A stretch of 64,000 bases of DNA from Candidatus Geocrenenecus huangii (GCA_023254095.1 JALNLM010000001.1:64001-128000), one strand, 5' to 3'; positions 1 to 10,608 are shown, counted from the first letter of the stretch. The notes: a model not told the origin generated them from the letters alone. Numbers and translations: made by a program.

Positions 1-893
1 TCCTTAAGGTGTTCTTTTGCTTCGAAGAAAAATGCTTCTAGTAAGTTGGTTAAAGAATAACCTAGTACCGTTGTTGACCTTCCATAGGGCGGGTCTGTAA
101 CCACACTATCAAAGAATCTCCTAAACATTAGTTTCCTAGCGTCTCCTACAATTATGTTTTCTAGACCCGGAGTGTAGTATCTTAGATTTCTTAAAGATCC
201 CAAAGCTATCCACTTCTTCAGTTCTACGCCGTAGACTTCGTATCCGAGAAGTATCGCTTCGACCATTATTCCTCCTGTCCCAGAGAATGGATCTAGTATC
301 CTACCACCGATCTTCGTTCGACTTAGATTGACTAAACATCTTGAAAGGTCGGGTTGCATAGCAGAGGGTAGTGTGAATGGCCTTCTCCCCGCAACCCTAT
401 AGTAGAAGAATCTTTTAGGTTTAGTCTTTCTTATTACTCCTATGTATGTTTTTTCAGGAGATGAAATGAACGTTACTGTGTAATCCGGATTTCTTAGATC
501 TACTTTTAGATCAGGTATGCTATCGATTATTAGGCTTCCAATCTCTTTCTCAAGCTCTGTTTTTCTAAGGCTTACACCATCTATGGTTACCCCCCTCACG
601 AGTATGGTCGAATCGGATTGGACAATATCTTTAATTGTGGAAATATCAACTGCAGATAAGATGTCTTTTTCAGTAGTCTCCGTCTCGAATAGTAGCTGAG
701 CCGACATCTTCGTATACGCAGTTCTATCCACGACCTCTCCTGCAACGCTGCCTAATGTTTCCGCGATGAGTATTCTTCCTTCTCTCTTGAGTATCTTATG
801 CTGTGGGTGGAGTAGAGATAATACTGCTTTAATCTCTCCGAAAGGTAATTCTTTATCAACACCTGATAACAAGAAAAGATATCTTTCATCCAT
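1..893 (-). CDS. tRNA (guanine-N2)-methyltransferase Trm11/TrmG10 family (THUMP + MTase), runs off the window
   Basis: Not in the ORF track. ATG at 893 reads MDERYLFLLSGVDKELPFGEIKA; downstream motifs RRPFTLPSAMQPDLSRCLVNL, ILDPFSGTGG (SAM binding) and VVTDPPYG. Overlaps the prs stop. Confidence 0.85.
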   Translation of the reverse strand, partial: MDERYLFLLSGVDKELPFGEIKAVLSLLHPQHKILKREGRILIAETLGSVAGEVVDRTAYTKMSAQLLFETETTEKDILSAVDISTIKDIVQSDSTILVRGVTIDGVSLRKTELEKEIGSLIIDSIPDLKVDLRNPDYTVTFISSPEKTYIGVIRKTKPKRFFYYRVAGRRPFTLPSAMQPDLSRCLVNLSRTKIGGRILDPFSGTGGIMVEAILLGYEVYGVELKKWIALGSLRNLRYYTPGLENIIVGDARKLMFRRFFDSVVTDPPYGRSTTVLGYSLTNLLEAFFFEAKEHLK

Positions 894-1761
894 ACTTTTT
901 CTTTAGTTCCTCGGAGATTATGCCTGCAACCGTGTATTCCGTAAACCTGTTCGGGACGGTGTCCGATGCTATTATCCTATCAGCGCCTGCGTTAAAGATT
1001 CTCTCGACTGCGTTACCAACTAACAGAGCATGAATACATGTTGCATAAATCTTCTTGAAGCCTCGCCTTTTCAGGAGCTTGATTAATTCAACCATCGTCC
1101 CACCCGTACTTATTATGTCGTCGACCACTATTGCTTCTATTCCTGGAAGACCGTCAAGTTCTACTTTTACCTGACCTGTGACCCTATCCCTTTCGGATTG
1201 AGCTGAAGCATATTCTACTCCTAGTTGTTCTGCTACCATCTTGGCCATATCTAGACCTTTCTTCCCGACGGAGATTACGACTGGCTTACTAAACCTGTGC
1301 TCCTTAATATGAGCCGCCAGAGGTTTCTCCCCTCTCAGGTCTATGATAGGGGTCGGCGATTCCTGGATTATCCAAGGACAATGAATGTTTACCGTGTATG
1401 TTTTCTTTAATCCTAGCTTGTGCAGTATCTTCAACAATGTCTTGAAGCTAACTGCTTCGCCATCTAAGAATCTCTTATCCTGCCTGGTATAAGCGAGATA
1501 AGGTGAAACTAGCTCAACTGAACTCGCCCCCAAGTCTAGTAAGGTATCAATAAGCAGAAATGTCTGGATTATGTGTGTATCCTGCGGTGGATGCATGCCT
1601 TGTATTATGACTACGTCCTCATTTTTCACAGATTTTTTTATCCTAATATAACTTTCAGAGTCTGGGAAGAATTTCTGTTCAACTTCTATAAGGTCTGCTT
1701 TCAAGATATTTGATATCTTGTAAGCGATTTCAAGAGATGATGGGCCAGCAACTAGCTCCAT
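886..1761 (-). CDS. prs: Ribose-phosphate pyrophosphokinase
   Basis: FPDSESYIRI, PYLAYTRQDKRF, VVDDIISTGGT PRPP-binding motif. ATG at 1761 follows a GGAGA SD; GTG at 1776 is the alternative. Confidence 0.93.
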   Translation of the reverse strand: MELVAGPSSLEIAYKISNILKADLIEVEQKFFPDSESYIRIKKSVKNEDVVIIQGMHPPQDTHIIQTFLLIDTLLDLGASSVELVSPYLAYTRQDKRFLDGEAVSFKTLLKILHKLGLKKTYTVNIHCPWIIQESPTPIIDLRGEKPLAAHIKEHRFSKPVVISVGKKGLDMAKMVAEQLGVEYASAQSERDRVTGQVKVELDGLPGIEAIVVDDIISTGGTMVELIKLLKRRGFKKIYATCIHALLVGNAVERIFNAGADRIIASDTVPNRFTEYTVAGIISEELKKKYG

Positions 1762-1780
1762 ACAATATCTCTCCACGGAT

Positions 1781-2485
1781 TTACATTAAAACTATTTCTA
1801 ATCTCTTATTGAACTTTCCTTTGTTGACGGTTTTTAATATCTTTATTCTCCCCACTTCTCTGGTATTCGATACGTGTGTTCCACCATCTAGTTGAGCGTC
1901 GAATCCTTCTATCTCAACTACTCTCAAGACAGGCAGATTCGGTATAAGCTCAGGTCTTATCCGAATCAGCTGGAGATTATTCACTAATTCTTCCCTCGGT
2001 ATAAACTTAATCTTGACATCTCTACCTTCATCTACAATCTTGTTCGCCTCAAACTCTATCCTCTCAACTTTTTCTTTACCTAGATCTTCTAAAGTGAAGT
2101 CTATTCTAGCTTTATCTTCACTGATCTGGCTTCCCGTTATGGTGGAATTGTATAAATGGTATACGACTCCTGCAAGAATATGTAACGCTGTATGATAACG
2201 CATGTGCTTGTATCTTTTCTCCCAATCTATTATGCCTCTCACTAACGTACCCTTACTAGGCATCAGCCCTTCTACTACGTGATATACATGCTCGTCTTTC
2301 TTTAAGACATTCTTGACCTGCGACCGATGCATCCCCCATTTTATCCAGCCTGAATCACTCGGTTGACCACCGCCTTCAGGATAAAATGCCGTCTTATCAA
2401 GTACGATACCTTCATCCTTCACGTTTATTACTATTGCTTCGAACTCACGAAGATAGCAATCTCTCAAGTAAAGAAGGTCGGTCAT
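1781..2485 (-). CDS. alaX: Alanyl-tRNA editing protein AlaX-M
   Basis: LDKTAFYPEGGGQPSD, RYHTALH (HxxxH), DGGTHV. Probable start MTDLLY. Confidence 0.92.
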   Translation of the reverse strand: MTDLLYLRDCYLREFEAIVINVKDEGIVLDKTAFYPEGGGQPSDSGWIKWGMHRSQVKNVLKKDEHVYHVVEGLMPSKGTLVRGIIDWEKRYKHMRYHTALHILAGVVYHLYNSTITGSQISEDKARIDFTLEDLGKEKVERIEFEANKIVDEGRDVKIKFIPREELVNNLQLIRIRPELIPNLPVLRVVEIEGFDAQLDGGTHVSNTREVGRIKILKTVNKGKFNKRLEIVLM

Positions 2486-2589
2486 TCCAGAAAATGTTGT
2501 TAAAGCTGGATGAAAAATATTTCCCACACATAGTCACTACAGCATGGAAAGAGATATTATATTTTAGTACCTTCTCTAAAAGATAATCT

Positions 2590-3090
2590 ATGAGCTTGGC
2601 GGGAGACGTATATAGAAGGATAAGATCCATCTTTGAAGATACGCCACACCGTTTCGGCTGGATAGATGAATATGTTGCAGGCTCAGGTAGACCCATAAAC
2701 TTCGACCAAGTTAAATGGGTGAGGGAAAAGGGAATCACCATGATAATATCATTAACTGAGTCGCCTTTACCGGATGAATGGACGAGAACTCTTAGCATAA
2801 AGTATATGCATTTTCCGATAAAAGATCACTCGGCTCCTTCCGTAGAGGTCTTGGAGAGGATAGTCAATGAAGTAATAAAGGAGGTTGAGGCTGGGGGCAG
2901 AGTGCTAGTTCATTGTGCAGCCGGTCTAGGTAGAACAGGGACGGCTCTTGCATCATACTTGATAGCTAAGAAGAAGATCCCGCCTGAAGAAGCTATAAGC
3001 ATTATTAGAAAGATTAGACCTGGTTCAATTGAACAGAATCAAGAGAAATCGGTATACGAGTTCTATAGGAGATTGAATGAGCTTAGATAA
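2590..3090 (+). CDS. Dual-specificity protein phosphatase
   Basis: VHCAAGLGRTG (CX5R) signature and FPIKDHSAP acid loop. Confidence 0.9.
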   Translation: MSLAGDVYRRIRSIFEDTPHRFGWIDEYVAGSGRPINFDQVKWVREKGITMIISLTESPLPDEWTRTLSIKYMHFPIKDHSAPSVEVLERIVNEVIKEVEAGGRVLVHCAAGLGRTGTALASYLIAKKKIPPEEAISIIRKIRPGSIEQNQEKSVYEFYRRLNELR

Positions 3091-3104
3091 TCTATCGATC
3101 TTGT

Positions 3105-5240
3105 CTAGACCTGTTCAAGTATCTTCTCAGCTATCCTTCTACCTATTCCCAAGACTCTCGTTAAGTCTTCGACTGTTACAGCTCTAAGCTTTTCTATAGA
3201 TGTGTATCCAGCTCTGTATAATGCTCTCGCTCTAACTCTTCCTATGCCCTTCAATCTAGTAAGAGGTAAGAGTTCTTCTCTAACACCGTGCTTGATCCTC
3301 TCCGACAGCTTCTCGAAAGGTATGACGAACCTTGTATTTCCAGAAACCTTAGCTATCTGAGATGCTGAGTATGCAATCCATTCAGCGGTTTCTCTTAAAG
3401 CGGCCATGTCTCCAGGCTGTACACCGAATCTATCGTATAGCTCCGCTTCCGGAAGTTCTTCTATCCATCCTTCTAGCACCATTGATAGCCTTACGGCATC
3501 GAGGTATTCATCATAATTGGGGTCATCGGCATCTGCTGGAGGAATAATCATCCCATCTCTATATTTCTCTACATACTCTTCTAGAATTGAGGTGCTTAAT
3601 TTCTTCATGGGTATTCTTGGGACCTCAGGAGTAAAAGCAATTAGATGCAGCATCCCGAACGTGTTCACTATGGAGCCGGCTTTCTCAAAATTTTCAAGCA
3701 ATATCTTAGCTGTTAGAGGATCAATGTACAGTTGGGAGACCCTAACTCCAAGCTTCGTAGCTCTTAAGCGATTTCCATCTATCTCAATAAATCTATATGA
3801 CTTCAGAAACTCTAGAGTTGACTCTATCTTGCTCCTTACAACCCTTGAACCGTATAGGTAACCTAGGTAGGTTTCTTCAAAGAATCTCAGCAGGTTGGAG
3901 ATACTTTCAACCTCAGCCGAAGATATTATCGCCAGAACATGTGTTCTCAAATGCTTTTCTGAAGATAATCTAGAAACGATCTTCTCAAGCTCGCCGTTGA
4001 CGTATTCTTGGATAATGTAGTTCTTTTCCTCTTCCGTCCTAGATATTGTTACAGCGTATCCTATCTCATCGTATCTAGGTCTACCAGCTCTACCGCAGAA
4101 TTGTTTATACTCTATCACGGGGATCTTCTGGTATCCATATCCGGGAACATACCTCTTAACCTCAGTTATCAAGACCATTCTAGCAGGGAGGTTTACTCCC
4201 GCAGCCAGAGTTGGCGTGGCTACGACGGTTTTCAAAACCCTGTTTCTGAAAGCTTCTTCAATTATCTTTCTATGATAAGAGGCCAACCCAGCGTGATGGA
4301 ATGCTGCACCCGCTTCTACAAGCCTAGCTAGATTTTCAGTAAAGCCGCTTCTCTCTTCCGATATTAGTTCAGTTGAATATTCTCTAAGCATCTCTCTTTC
4401 CTCCCATGAAATTATGTCTAGTCTTTCATTAAATGCTTGAGCTATCTTGTATGCGTAGTCTTCAGCTTTCTTTCTCGTGGAAGCGAAGACTAAGACTTGA
4501 CCACCCTCCTCGACTATGTTTAGGATAGCATTTACAACCACATTCTTGTGGAGGACATTCAATTCCTTGATTTCTCCATCTTCGAATTCGATCGTAGAAT
4601 CAGTCAATACTCCTTCCTTCAACGGGACAGGCCTCCAATCTGACTTGATAACCTTTGCGTTTAACCATTCACCTAAGTCCTCTGCATTGCTTATCGTTGC
4701 GCTTAACCCAATATACTGAGCTTTAGGCAGTATTCTTCTAAGTCTCGTTATTACGATCTCTAATGTGGGGCCACGTTCACTATCATTTACTAGGTGGAGT
4801 TCATCTAATATAACAAGTGATATATCTTTGATCCATTGAGCTCCATGCCTTAAGAGGCTGTCAGCTTTCTCGTTCGTTGATACAATAATATCGAATGTTT
4901 GAAGCCATGGATCTGAAGAATCATAATCACCTGTAGAGATGGCTGACTTAAAACTTGAGCCAGTACATAAGATATCGTTAATCTCTACGATTTTCTCAGA
5001 TGCTAGAGCTCTTAGAGGGACTAGATATAGGACTTTACCCCCTCTAGATAGATGGGTCGATGCAGCGAGGAGAGCGGCTAAAGTCTTACCTGAAGCGGTT
5101 GGAGTAGAAAGTATGATATTCTCTCCTTCAAGTATTCCTGCTTTAATAGCTTCTTCCTGAGGGGGATAAAGTTCGGTAACGTTTTTCTTAGCGAGATTGT
5201 CCAATACGTATTTCGGGACAGGCAGTTCTCTTAGGTTCAA
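3105..5240 (-). CDS. hel308: Ski2-like DNA helicase Hel308/Hjm
   Basis: PTASGKT, DELH, SAT, FHHAGL, GRAGRP motifs and C-terminal HhH (GIGRVRARAL). TTG start. Confidence 0.95.
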   Translation of the reverse strand: MNLRELPVPKYVLDNLAKKNVTELYPPQEEAIKAGILEGENIILSTPTASGKTLAALLAASTHLSRGGKVLYLVPLRALASEKIVEINDILCTGSSFKSAISTGDYDSSDPWLQTFDIIVSTNEKADSLLRHGAQWIKDISLVILDELHLVNDSERGPTLEIVITRLRRILPKAQYIGLSATISNAEDLGEWLNAKVIKSDWRPVPLKEGVLTDSTIEFEDGEIKELNVLHKNVVVNAILNIVEEGGQVLVFASTRKKAEDYAYKIAQAFNERLDIISWEEREMLREYSTELISEERSGFTENLARLVEAGAAFHHAGLASYHRKIIEEAFRNRVLKTVVATPTLAAGVNLPARMVLITEVKRYVPGYGYQKIPVIEYKQFCGRAGRPRYDEIGYAVTISRTEEEKNYIIQEYVNGELEKIVSRLSSEKHLRTHVLAIISSAEVESISNLLRFFEETYLGYLYGSRVVRSKIESTLEFLKSYRFIEIDGNRLRATKLGVRVSQLYIDPLTAKILLENFEKAGSIVNTFGMLHLIAFTPEVPRIPMKKLSTSILEEYVEKYRDGMIIPPADADDPNYDEYLDAVRLSMVLEGWIEELPEAELYDRFGVQPGDMAALRETAEWIAYSASQIAKVSGNTRFVIPFEKLSERIKHGVREELLPLTRLKGIGRVRARALYRAGYTSIEKLRAVTVEDLTRVLGIGRRIAEKILEQV

Positions 5241-5432
5241 TTAAGTCTTCCTCCAAATATTTTCTGAGTTGCTATGAGTAGATAAAGTATTTCCATCGTT
5301 TCTCATATAGTCTTCTACCGGAAGTTCCTCATGCTCTCTCGGTAAGTAATCTGAGAAGACGCTGGCCAGAGTTTTATCCAAACTATTAAGAACATGGATG
5401 TCTCCATTCTCAGAGAATCCCAGTATTTTTGT

Positions 5433-7454
5433 TTATGTCAATCTGTATATTCCAGGTTTAGGAGTGAATAGTTTTCCGTCGCTAAGCAACCTGTTTAAGA
5501 TCATCTTGATCTCTTGATCATCTATTCCGTACTCTTTTAGAGCTTCTCTAAGTTCGGCATCTTCCACGTATCCTTTCTTTTCCTGGATCTCTCCTATGAT
5601 CTTCAGGACAGTGCTAAACTTGTCTCTAATGCTCTTCGGCTTCCCGGTCAATATAACATCTATATCTGGTTTTCCCGTCTCGACATCTATGCCAACCTCT
5701 GACAAGCTTTTCTTCATTAGGTCAATAACGTCTAGTGCATCTTCTTCGGTAACGTAATCTCTTAGAGCGGCTCTAGCTCTTGCTTCAGCTAACCGGATCA
5801 AGGATTCGAGTTGACGAGCTGTAATAGCTATGGTTGAAGTCTGCTGGTATATGCTTCTCATCTGAAGATAGAAGTTTTCTATGAGTTTAGCTGCACGTGG
5901 AGATAACTCAGGCTGAATCCTCTTAGCGTATGCAATATATTTTTTCAAGACTTCAGGTTCTATCGGAGGCTCCGAGGATGGCGTAGACCTACTCTGTAAG
6001 CTGAGAATATGTGTAGCGATTTTCTGATCCTGCTCTGGGATAGGCTCATCCCTAAGCACGAATATCAAATCGAATCTTGACAGTATCGTGATTGGTAGAT
6101 TGACGTTGACGGTGAAGGATTCGTAGGGGTTGTATCTTCCAAGCTCTGGATTCGCTGCTGCAAGTATGGAGGTTCTAGCATTTAAGGTGGCCACGATTCC
6201 TCCTTTCGCGATGCTGATCGTCTGCTGTGCCATCGCTTCATGTATAGCGACTCTATCTTCAGGCCTCATCTTGTCGATTTCATCTACGCAGCAGACACCC
6301 ATGTCGGCTAAGACCAGAGCGCCAGCCTCCAAGATCATGTTTCCTCCCTTGTCTTTTACAACAGCTGCTGTTAATCCGGCTGCTGTAGACCCTCTACCTG
6401 ATGTGTAGACTCCTCTGGGCGCTATCTGTGCTGCGTATCTTAATAGCTGGCTCTTACCTGTTCCAGGATCTCCGACTAGTAGAACATGTATATCTCCTCT
6501 TACTTTTACACCATCTGGGAATTGTTTCGTCCTTCCACCGAAGAGTGCTAGCATTATTGCCTTCTTGATGTGTTCTAAACCATATATGGATGGAGCTATG
6601 CTTTCTATAAGTTTTTGATGTATGTCTGGAGAACGGGACATTTCTCTAAACATTTTTTCTTCTTCGGGAGTTATCTGGAGTGCCTCAGGTTCCTTGCTTG
6701 CTGTCTCTATACTTACTGCTTCAAGATACATTTTCGAGGTCCTTAATGGTGCTTCGACCGCCCTCTCTTGTATTGCATAAAGTATTCCCGTTACTATTAC
6801 TCTGTCGCCTGGTCTAGCTTTATCTACTAAGTCCCCCCTTAACCCTATGTCCAAACTTCTAGGCAGCTGGCCAGGCGGCAGGTCTTCCGGCTTCTCCTGA
6901 ACACCAATTATTTGGTAGTCATAGTATTCACTCTTATCTTCTAGTAACTCGAATTTCTGCTTTCTTCCTCTACACTTTATACTATTACATGATTCGGGTA
7001 GGATTAGTCTCTGACCATCTTGTGAGATAGTCTGTTCAGTGCCGCATGCTCTACATTTGAAGACGGCGGTCTTTATGATAGGCTTAACTGAGCTGGCTCT
7101 CACAACCAGTCCATCGACAGCGATGAGTTTTCTCAAATGTGATGTTCTTATATCTCTAATCAACATAACCTCCGGGATATTGTATATTCTTACTTTGAAT
7201 TCCTTGACCTGACTAGCGTACTCGGGATCTTCTATTCTCAGTTGATTCCATGCGGCCTTCTCGAGTAGAGGCAGGTACTTCAATGGTTCGTTCACGACTA
7301 GGTGACTTAATTCTTCATCGAAGATTATTAAGTCGTTGAAGTCTAGAGCTATACTCGTCGCTCTCTGAGCTGCAGACCTCGCTATTATTGAACGGTATTT
7401 CTCCTGCTTGAAGAACTCATTAATCCTGTCTTCAATACGTGCGATGCTACTCAT
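5433..7454 (-). CDS. mcm: Replicative helicase MCM (no intein)
   Basis: GDPGTGKS, VDEIDKM, SRFD arginine finger, Zn finger. ATG at 7454 follows a GGGGTGA SD. Confidence 0.97.
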   Translation of the reverse strand: MSSIARIEDRINEFFKQEKYRSIIARSAAQRATSIALDFNDLIIFDEELSHLVVNEPLKYLPLLEKAAWNQLRIEDPEYASQVKEFKVRIYNIPEVMLIRDIRTSHLRKLIAVDGLVVRASSVKPIIKTAVFKCRACGTEQTISQDGQRLILPESCNSIKCRGRKQKFELLEDKSEYYDYQIIGVQEKPEDLPPGQLPRSLDIGLRGDLVDKARPGDRVIVTGILYAIQERAVEAPLRTSKMYLEAVSIETASKEPEALQITPEEEKMFREMSRSPDIHQKLIESIAPSIYGLEHIKKAIMLALFGGRTKQFPDGVKVRGDIHVLLVGDPGTGKSQLLRYAAQIAPRGVYTSGRGSTAAGLTAAVVKDKGGNMILEAGALVLADMGVCCVDEIDKMRPEDRVAIHEAMAQQTISIAKGGIVATLNARTSILAAANPELGRYNPYESFTVNVNLPITILSRFDLIFVLRDEPIPEQDQKIATHILSLQSRSTPSSEPPIEPEVLKKYIAYAKRIQPELSPRAAKLIENFYLQMRSIYQQTSTIAITARQLESLIRLAEARARAALRDYVTEEDALDVIDLMKKSLSEVGIDVETGKPDIDVILTGKPKSIRDKFSTVLKIIGEIQEKKGYVEDAELREALKEYGIDDQEIKMILNRLLSDGKLFTPKPGIYRLT

Positions 7455-7456
7455 TT

Positions 7457-7987
7457 CTACTTCACCCCTACAGGCGAGGCCGACTTCAACCATTCGTCGA
7501 TTATATTCCTTAAAGTATCATAGAGCAGCTCTTCTTCTCTCGTAAGATTTTCAACCAAGCTTACGTCAATCCTCTTAGATGCGAATCCAAGTATCTTGTT
7601 AAGCCTTAAAGAGATTATATCAACTATTATGTTCTTTGTATTCTGGTCTAGCCTATCCATGTCTTCTCTGGACATTAGATAGAAATATCTGGGTAGTTCT
7701 TGTAATTCTCCAGGATTGTTTTTCTCCTTCCATTCTAACTGTATCAGGGTCTTCAAATCCATGATCTTGTCTCCACACTCTACTATCCCTGCTTCCTCGA
7801 GTTTAGATGCCGCCCACTTGCTAATCGTCAAAGTGGCCCCCTTCCTCAGGTTCTCGAAGACTTTTCCAGGTAGAACGAGCCGCTGAACATCCTTCAGTAA
7901 CGTAACCTTCTTTTCAGAATTATCGTATTCCAGTTTTACTAACTCGAGCTGTTTCCTGAATTCTTGTATAATGGCTTCGACCCCCAT
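7457..7987 (-). CDS. GINS subunit Gins23 (Psf2/Psf3-like)
   Basis: B-domain W..A..L...G followed by LQELPRYFY and NLTREEELLY; directly upstream of mcm, the usual synteny. Confidence 0.8.
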   Translation of the reverse strand: MGVEAIIQEFRKQLELVKLEYDNSEKKVTLLKDVQRLVLPGKVFENLRKGATLTISKWAASKLEEAGIVECGDKIMDLKTLIQLEWKEKNNPGELQELPRYFYLMSREDMDRLDQNTKNIIVDIISLRLNKILGFASKRIDVSLVENLTREEELLYDTLRNIIDEWLKSASPVGVK

Positions 7988-8149
7988 CTTCCCTGTAAAA
8001 AGTTGTAGGCAGTAGGATTTATCTAAGAGAGAGTACGCTGAAAATGAATTAGACAACAGTATTCGCTAAGAAATACTTTGAAATGACTTGGAATCCCAGA
8101 TAGAATAAAGTTAAACAAAAATACAGGCTTTACATAGAATATTCGTAGT

Positions 8150-8246
<97 letters not shown>

Positions 8247-8464
8247 TCCACTTCTGTAACCTATTTTGACATCTAAAATCACTCAAGAGATGATCTTTTG
8301 TCTACTTACTTCCATGATCTACCTCTACGAGGTCTTCCGGTAGAATATGTTTTATCGCTTTTTCATGATTTTCCATGCTTTATTTTATTGAGTCAGGGTG
8401 CATTTAGGGCATTCTACATAGTTTTCTCATGATATTGGATATAAGCAGGCTTGCTATCTATTTA

Positions 8465-8520
8465 GTTGATGATTGGAGTCCGGGTTCTGAAGAAGATGAT
8501 GAAGCCTGAAAGGGATGAAC
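8465..8520 (+). ncRNA. Candidate C/D box guide sRNA
   Basis: TTGATGA (8466-72), 14-nt guide, CTGA (8487-90), ATGATGA (8496-8502), 12-nt guide, ATGA (8515-18). Intergenic between two tRNAs. Confidence 0.45.
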
Positions 8521-8599
8521 CACATATTAGAAGACAAAACTCCTACTTAGCCTTTTTCCAAGCCAGTTAATCATTGAAGAGACATAGATATATTGAATG

Positions 8600-8715
8600 C
8601 GGGCCCGGCGGGCTTTGAACCCGCGACCCCCGGGTTTCTTCAACTCTAGGTTAAAAGCTTCACCAGAAGCTTCCCAGCTTCTTCCGGTGCTCTATCCTGG
8701 CTGAGCTACGGGCCC
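8600..8715 (-). tRNA. tRNA-Lys(TTT) with two introns: 30/31 (8659-8683, 25 nt) and 37/38 (8636-8651, 16 nt)
   Basis: Removing both inserts gives GGGCCCG...GAGC-A-CCGGG-CTTTTAA-CCCGG-GGGTC-GCGGG-TTCAAAG-CCCGC-CGGGCCC-G. A strict BHB flanks the first insert and a relaxed one the second. Confidence 0.9.
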
Positions 8716-8852
8716 CATCTACAATGCTAGATATAATGATTCAAATAAATATTTCTCTACATGGATCTGTTATGAATCTGAGATGTCAAGAATCTTAGGA
8801 TTATCTGGTTGAGGCTATTCGAAAAAATAGGGACTATAGTAAGTGTTTAGGG

Positions 8853-9347
8853 ATGAACGTTATATCGTATAGCCCTCGAGCTAGACCTGAAGATGCTGCG
8901 AAAATAGGTGTCAAGCTCGTGTCACTGGAGGAACTCCTAAAAAACTCCGATATCATAGTGTTAACTACATCATACTCTCCTGAAAAGTATCATTTAATAA
9001 ACGAAGAAAGACTAAGAATCATGAAGAAGAATAGCTATTTAATAAATGTAGCACGAGGCGAGCTAATTGATGAAGAAGCATTAGCTAAAGCATTGCAGGA
9101 GAATTGGATAGCTGGAGCTGCATTAGATGTCATGGAGAAAGAACCTCCTTCACCCGATAATAAGCTATTACAGCTTGACAATATCGTCATCACGCATCAT
9201 ACAGCATCTCATACACTAGAAGCTCTTAAGAATATGGGAGACATAGTTACTGAGAATATCCTTCTAGCCCTGGAAGGGAAAACACCAAAGAATATCGCTA
9301 ACCCAGAAGTTCTCGAAAAGCCTAATCTTAGAATAAAAATAAGGTAG
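8853..9347 (+). pseudogene. 5'-truncated D-isomer-specific 2-hydroxyacid dehydrogenase fragment
   Basis: LINVARGELIDE and GAALDVMEKEP are present, but the ORF is only 164 aa. The N-terminal substrate domain and intact GxGxxG are missing and the upstream sequence looks degenerate. Confidence 0.75.
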
Positions 9348-9815
9348 AACATCTTCTCTCATTGCTTTACTGGGAGAGAACATGCGCTCCGGATAAATGT
9401 CTAAGTTAACAGTTTAGAAGAAATTTGGAGAAGACCACAGCCTGATGAAATTTAATTGTAGTTACGCATGAATCAAACAACTACAACACATGCGTGAAAA
9501 ATACTGTTATCAACACTGTGGAAAATGCTGATGATGCAATCTACTTGTATACCCTGGAATATTCAGGCCTATAGTATTCCACCGTCATAACCAGACAAGG
9601 ATGAAAAGGGCTAAGAAGGTGGCCTACATATACTCCTAGGAATGGGTAGATGAATAGTTGGGCTGGTAAAGAAGTCCCTAATATCGAGAAAGATAAAGCC
9701 ATGCTAACCAACTCTATTCCTATTACAAACTGGGTTTGAATATATCCTTATTATCGGATTTCTATAGCATGTCATTGAATTTTGAATCTGTGTCAATTAT
9801 GTGAGGGTTAGAATT

Positions 9816-10109
9816 TTATGCTTTCTGAATCATTTTCGAGATATCTATCATGATCTCATCTAAGGTCTTTGAGAACTCTTCCTCATCTGCCAGCACTAGG
9901 CTTCTGGCTTTTTCTATCTTTTTTCTTATTTCAGAGAGTTCTTGTATCTCCCCGAATTTTCTTATGATTATGTTGATTGTCTTCTCGGCTGCATCGATCA
10001 ATCTGAGAGAACCATATATTGGAGGTTCATCTAGGCATCCTCTAGCAGACGCTAACAGGAAGGCTAGTAGCTGGAAATTTTCATCTTCCAGGATGTTTTC
10101 CGTAGCCAT
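9816..10109 (-). CDS. Small helical protein, DUF6092-like
   Basis: F.LLAFLL.SARG...EPP.YG..RL.DA pattern recalled for this family; overlaps the nitroreductase 3' end. Confidence 0.6.
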   Translation of the reverse strand: MATENILEDENFQLLAFLLASARGCLDEPPIYGSLRLIDAAEKTINIIIRKFGEIQELSEIRKKIEKARSLVLADEEEFSKTLDEIMIDISKMIQKA

Positions 10110-10608
10110 TTAGATGCACCACTTCTTCTAATGGTCTCCTAGCGGGAGGACTTGGCCATTCACTTGGGTAGCCTAAACTGATCATTAAAACTGGGTCGAC
10201 TTCTTCAGATATATTGAGTAGATGTTTTAAGCCCAGCTTATTAAAAGATGCGATTGGGCAAGACCCTAAACCTAGAGAATAAGCCATCAACATCATGTTT
10301 TGCGCAGCCATCGAGATATCCATAACGGCTAAGCTTTCACCCTGCCTCCCAGCTTTCTCTGATTTCTTCTTGTTGACACATAAGATCACTAAAGCCTTCG
10401 GGAAACCATACAGTCCAGGAGATAAAAGCTTAATCTTCTTAATTAGTGTAGCATCATCAATTAATATGAATTCCCAAGGCTGAATATTGCTTCCTGAAGG
10501 CGCCCATATCCCTGCTTCGAGAATAGTTATCAAATGTTCACGGCTTACCTCCTTATCTAGGAAGCTTCTAACAGATCTTCTACCCTTTATAATATTCATC
10601 AAGTCCAT
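10081..10608 (-). CDS. Nitroreductase family protein
   Basis: RRSVRSF, APSGSNIQPWEF, AAQNMMLMAYSLGLGSC. Confidence 0.92.
   Translation of the reverse strand: MDLMNIIKGRRSVRSFLDKEVSREHLITILEAGIWAPSGSNIQPWEFILIDDATLIKKIKLLSPGLYGFPKALVILCVNKKKSEKAGRQGESLAVMDISMAAQNMMLMAYSLGLGSCPIASFNKLGLKHLLNISEEVDPVLMISLGYPSEWPSPPARRPLEEVVHLNGYGKHPGR

Noticed and set aside
5241-5432. The mcm-hel308 spacer is open in the same frame as both genes, suggesting a readthrough fusion
   Set aside because: Two TAA stops would both need readthrough, the peptide resembles nothing recognisable, and hel308 has its own GGAGG SD. Likely chance.
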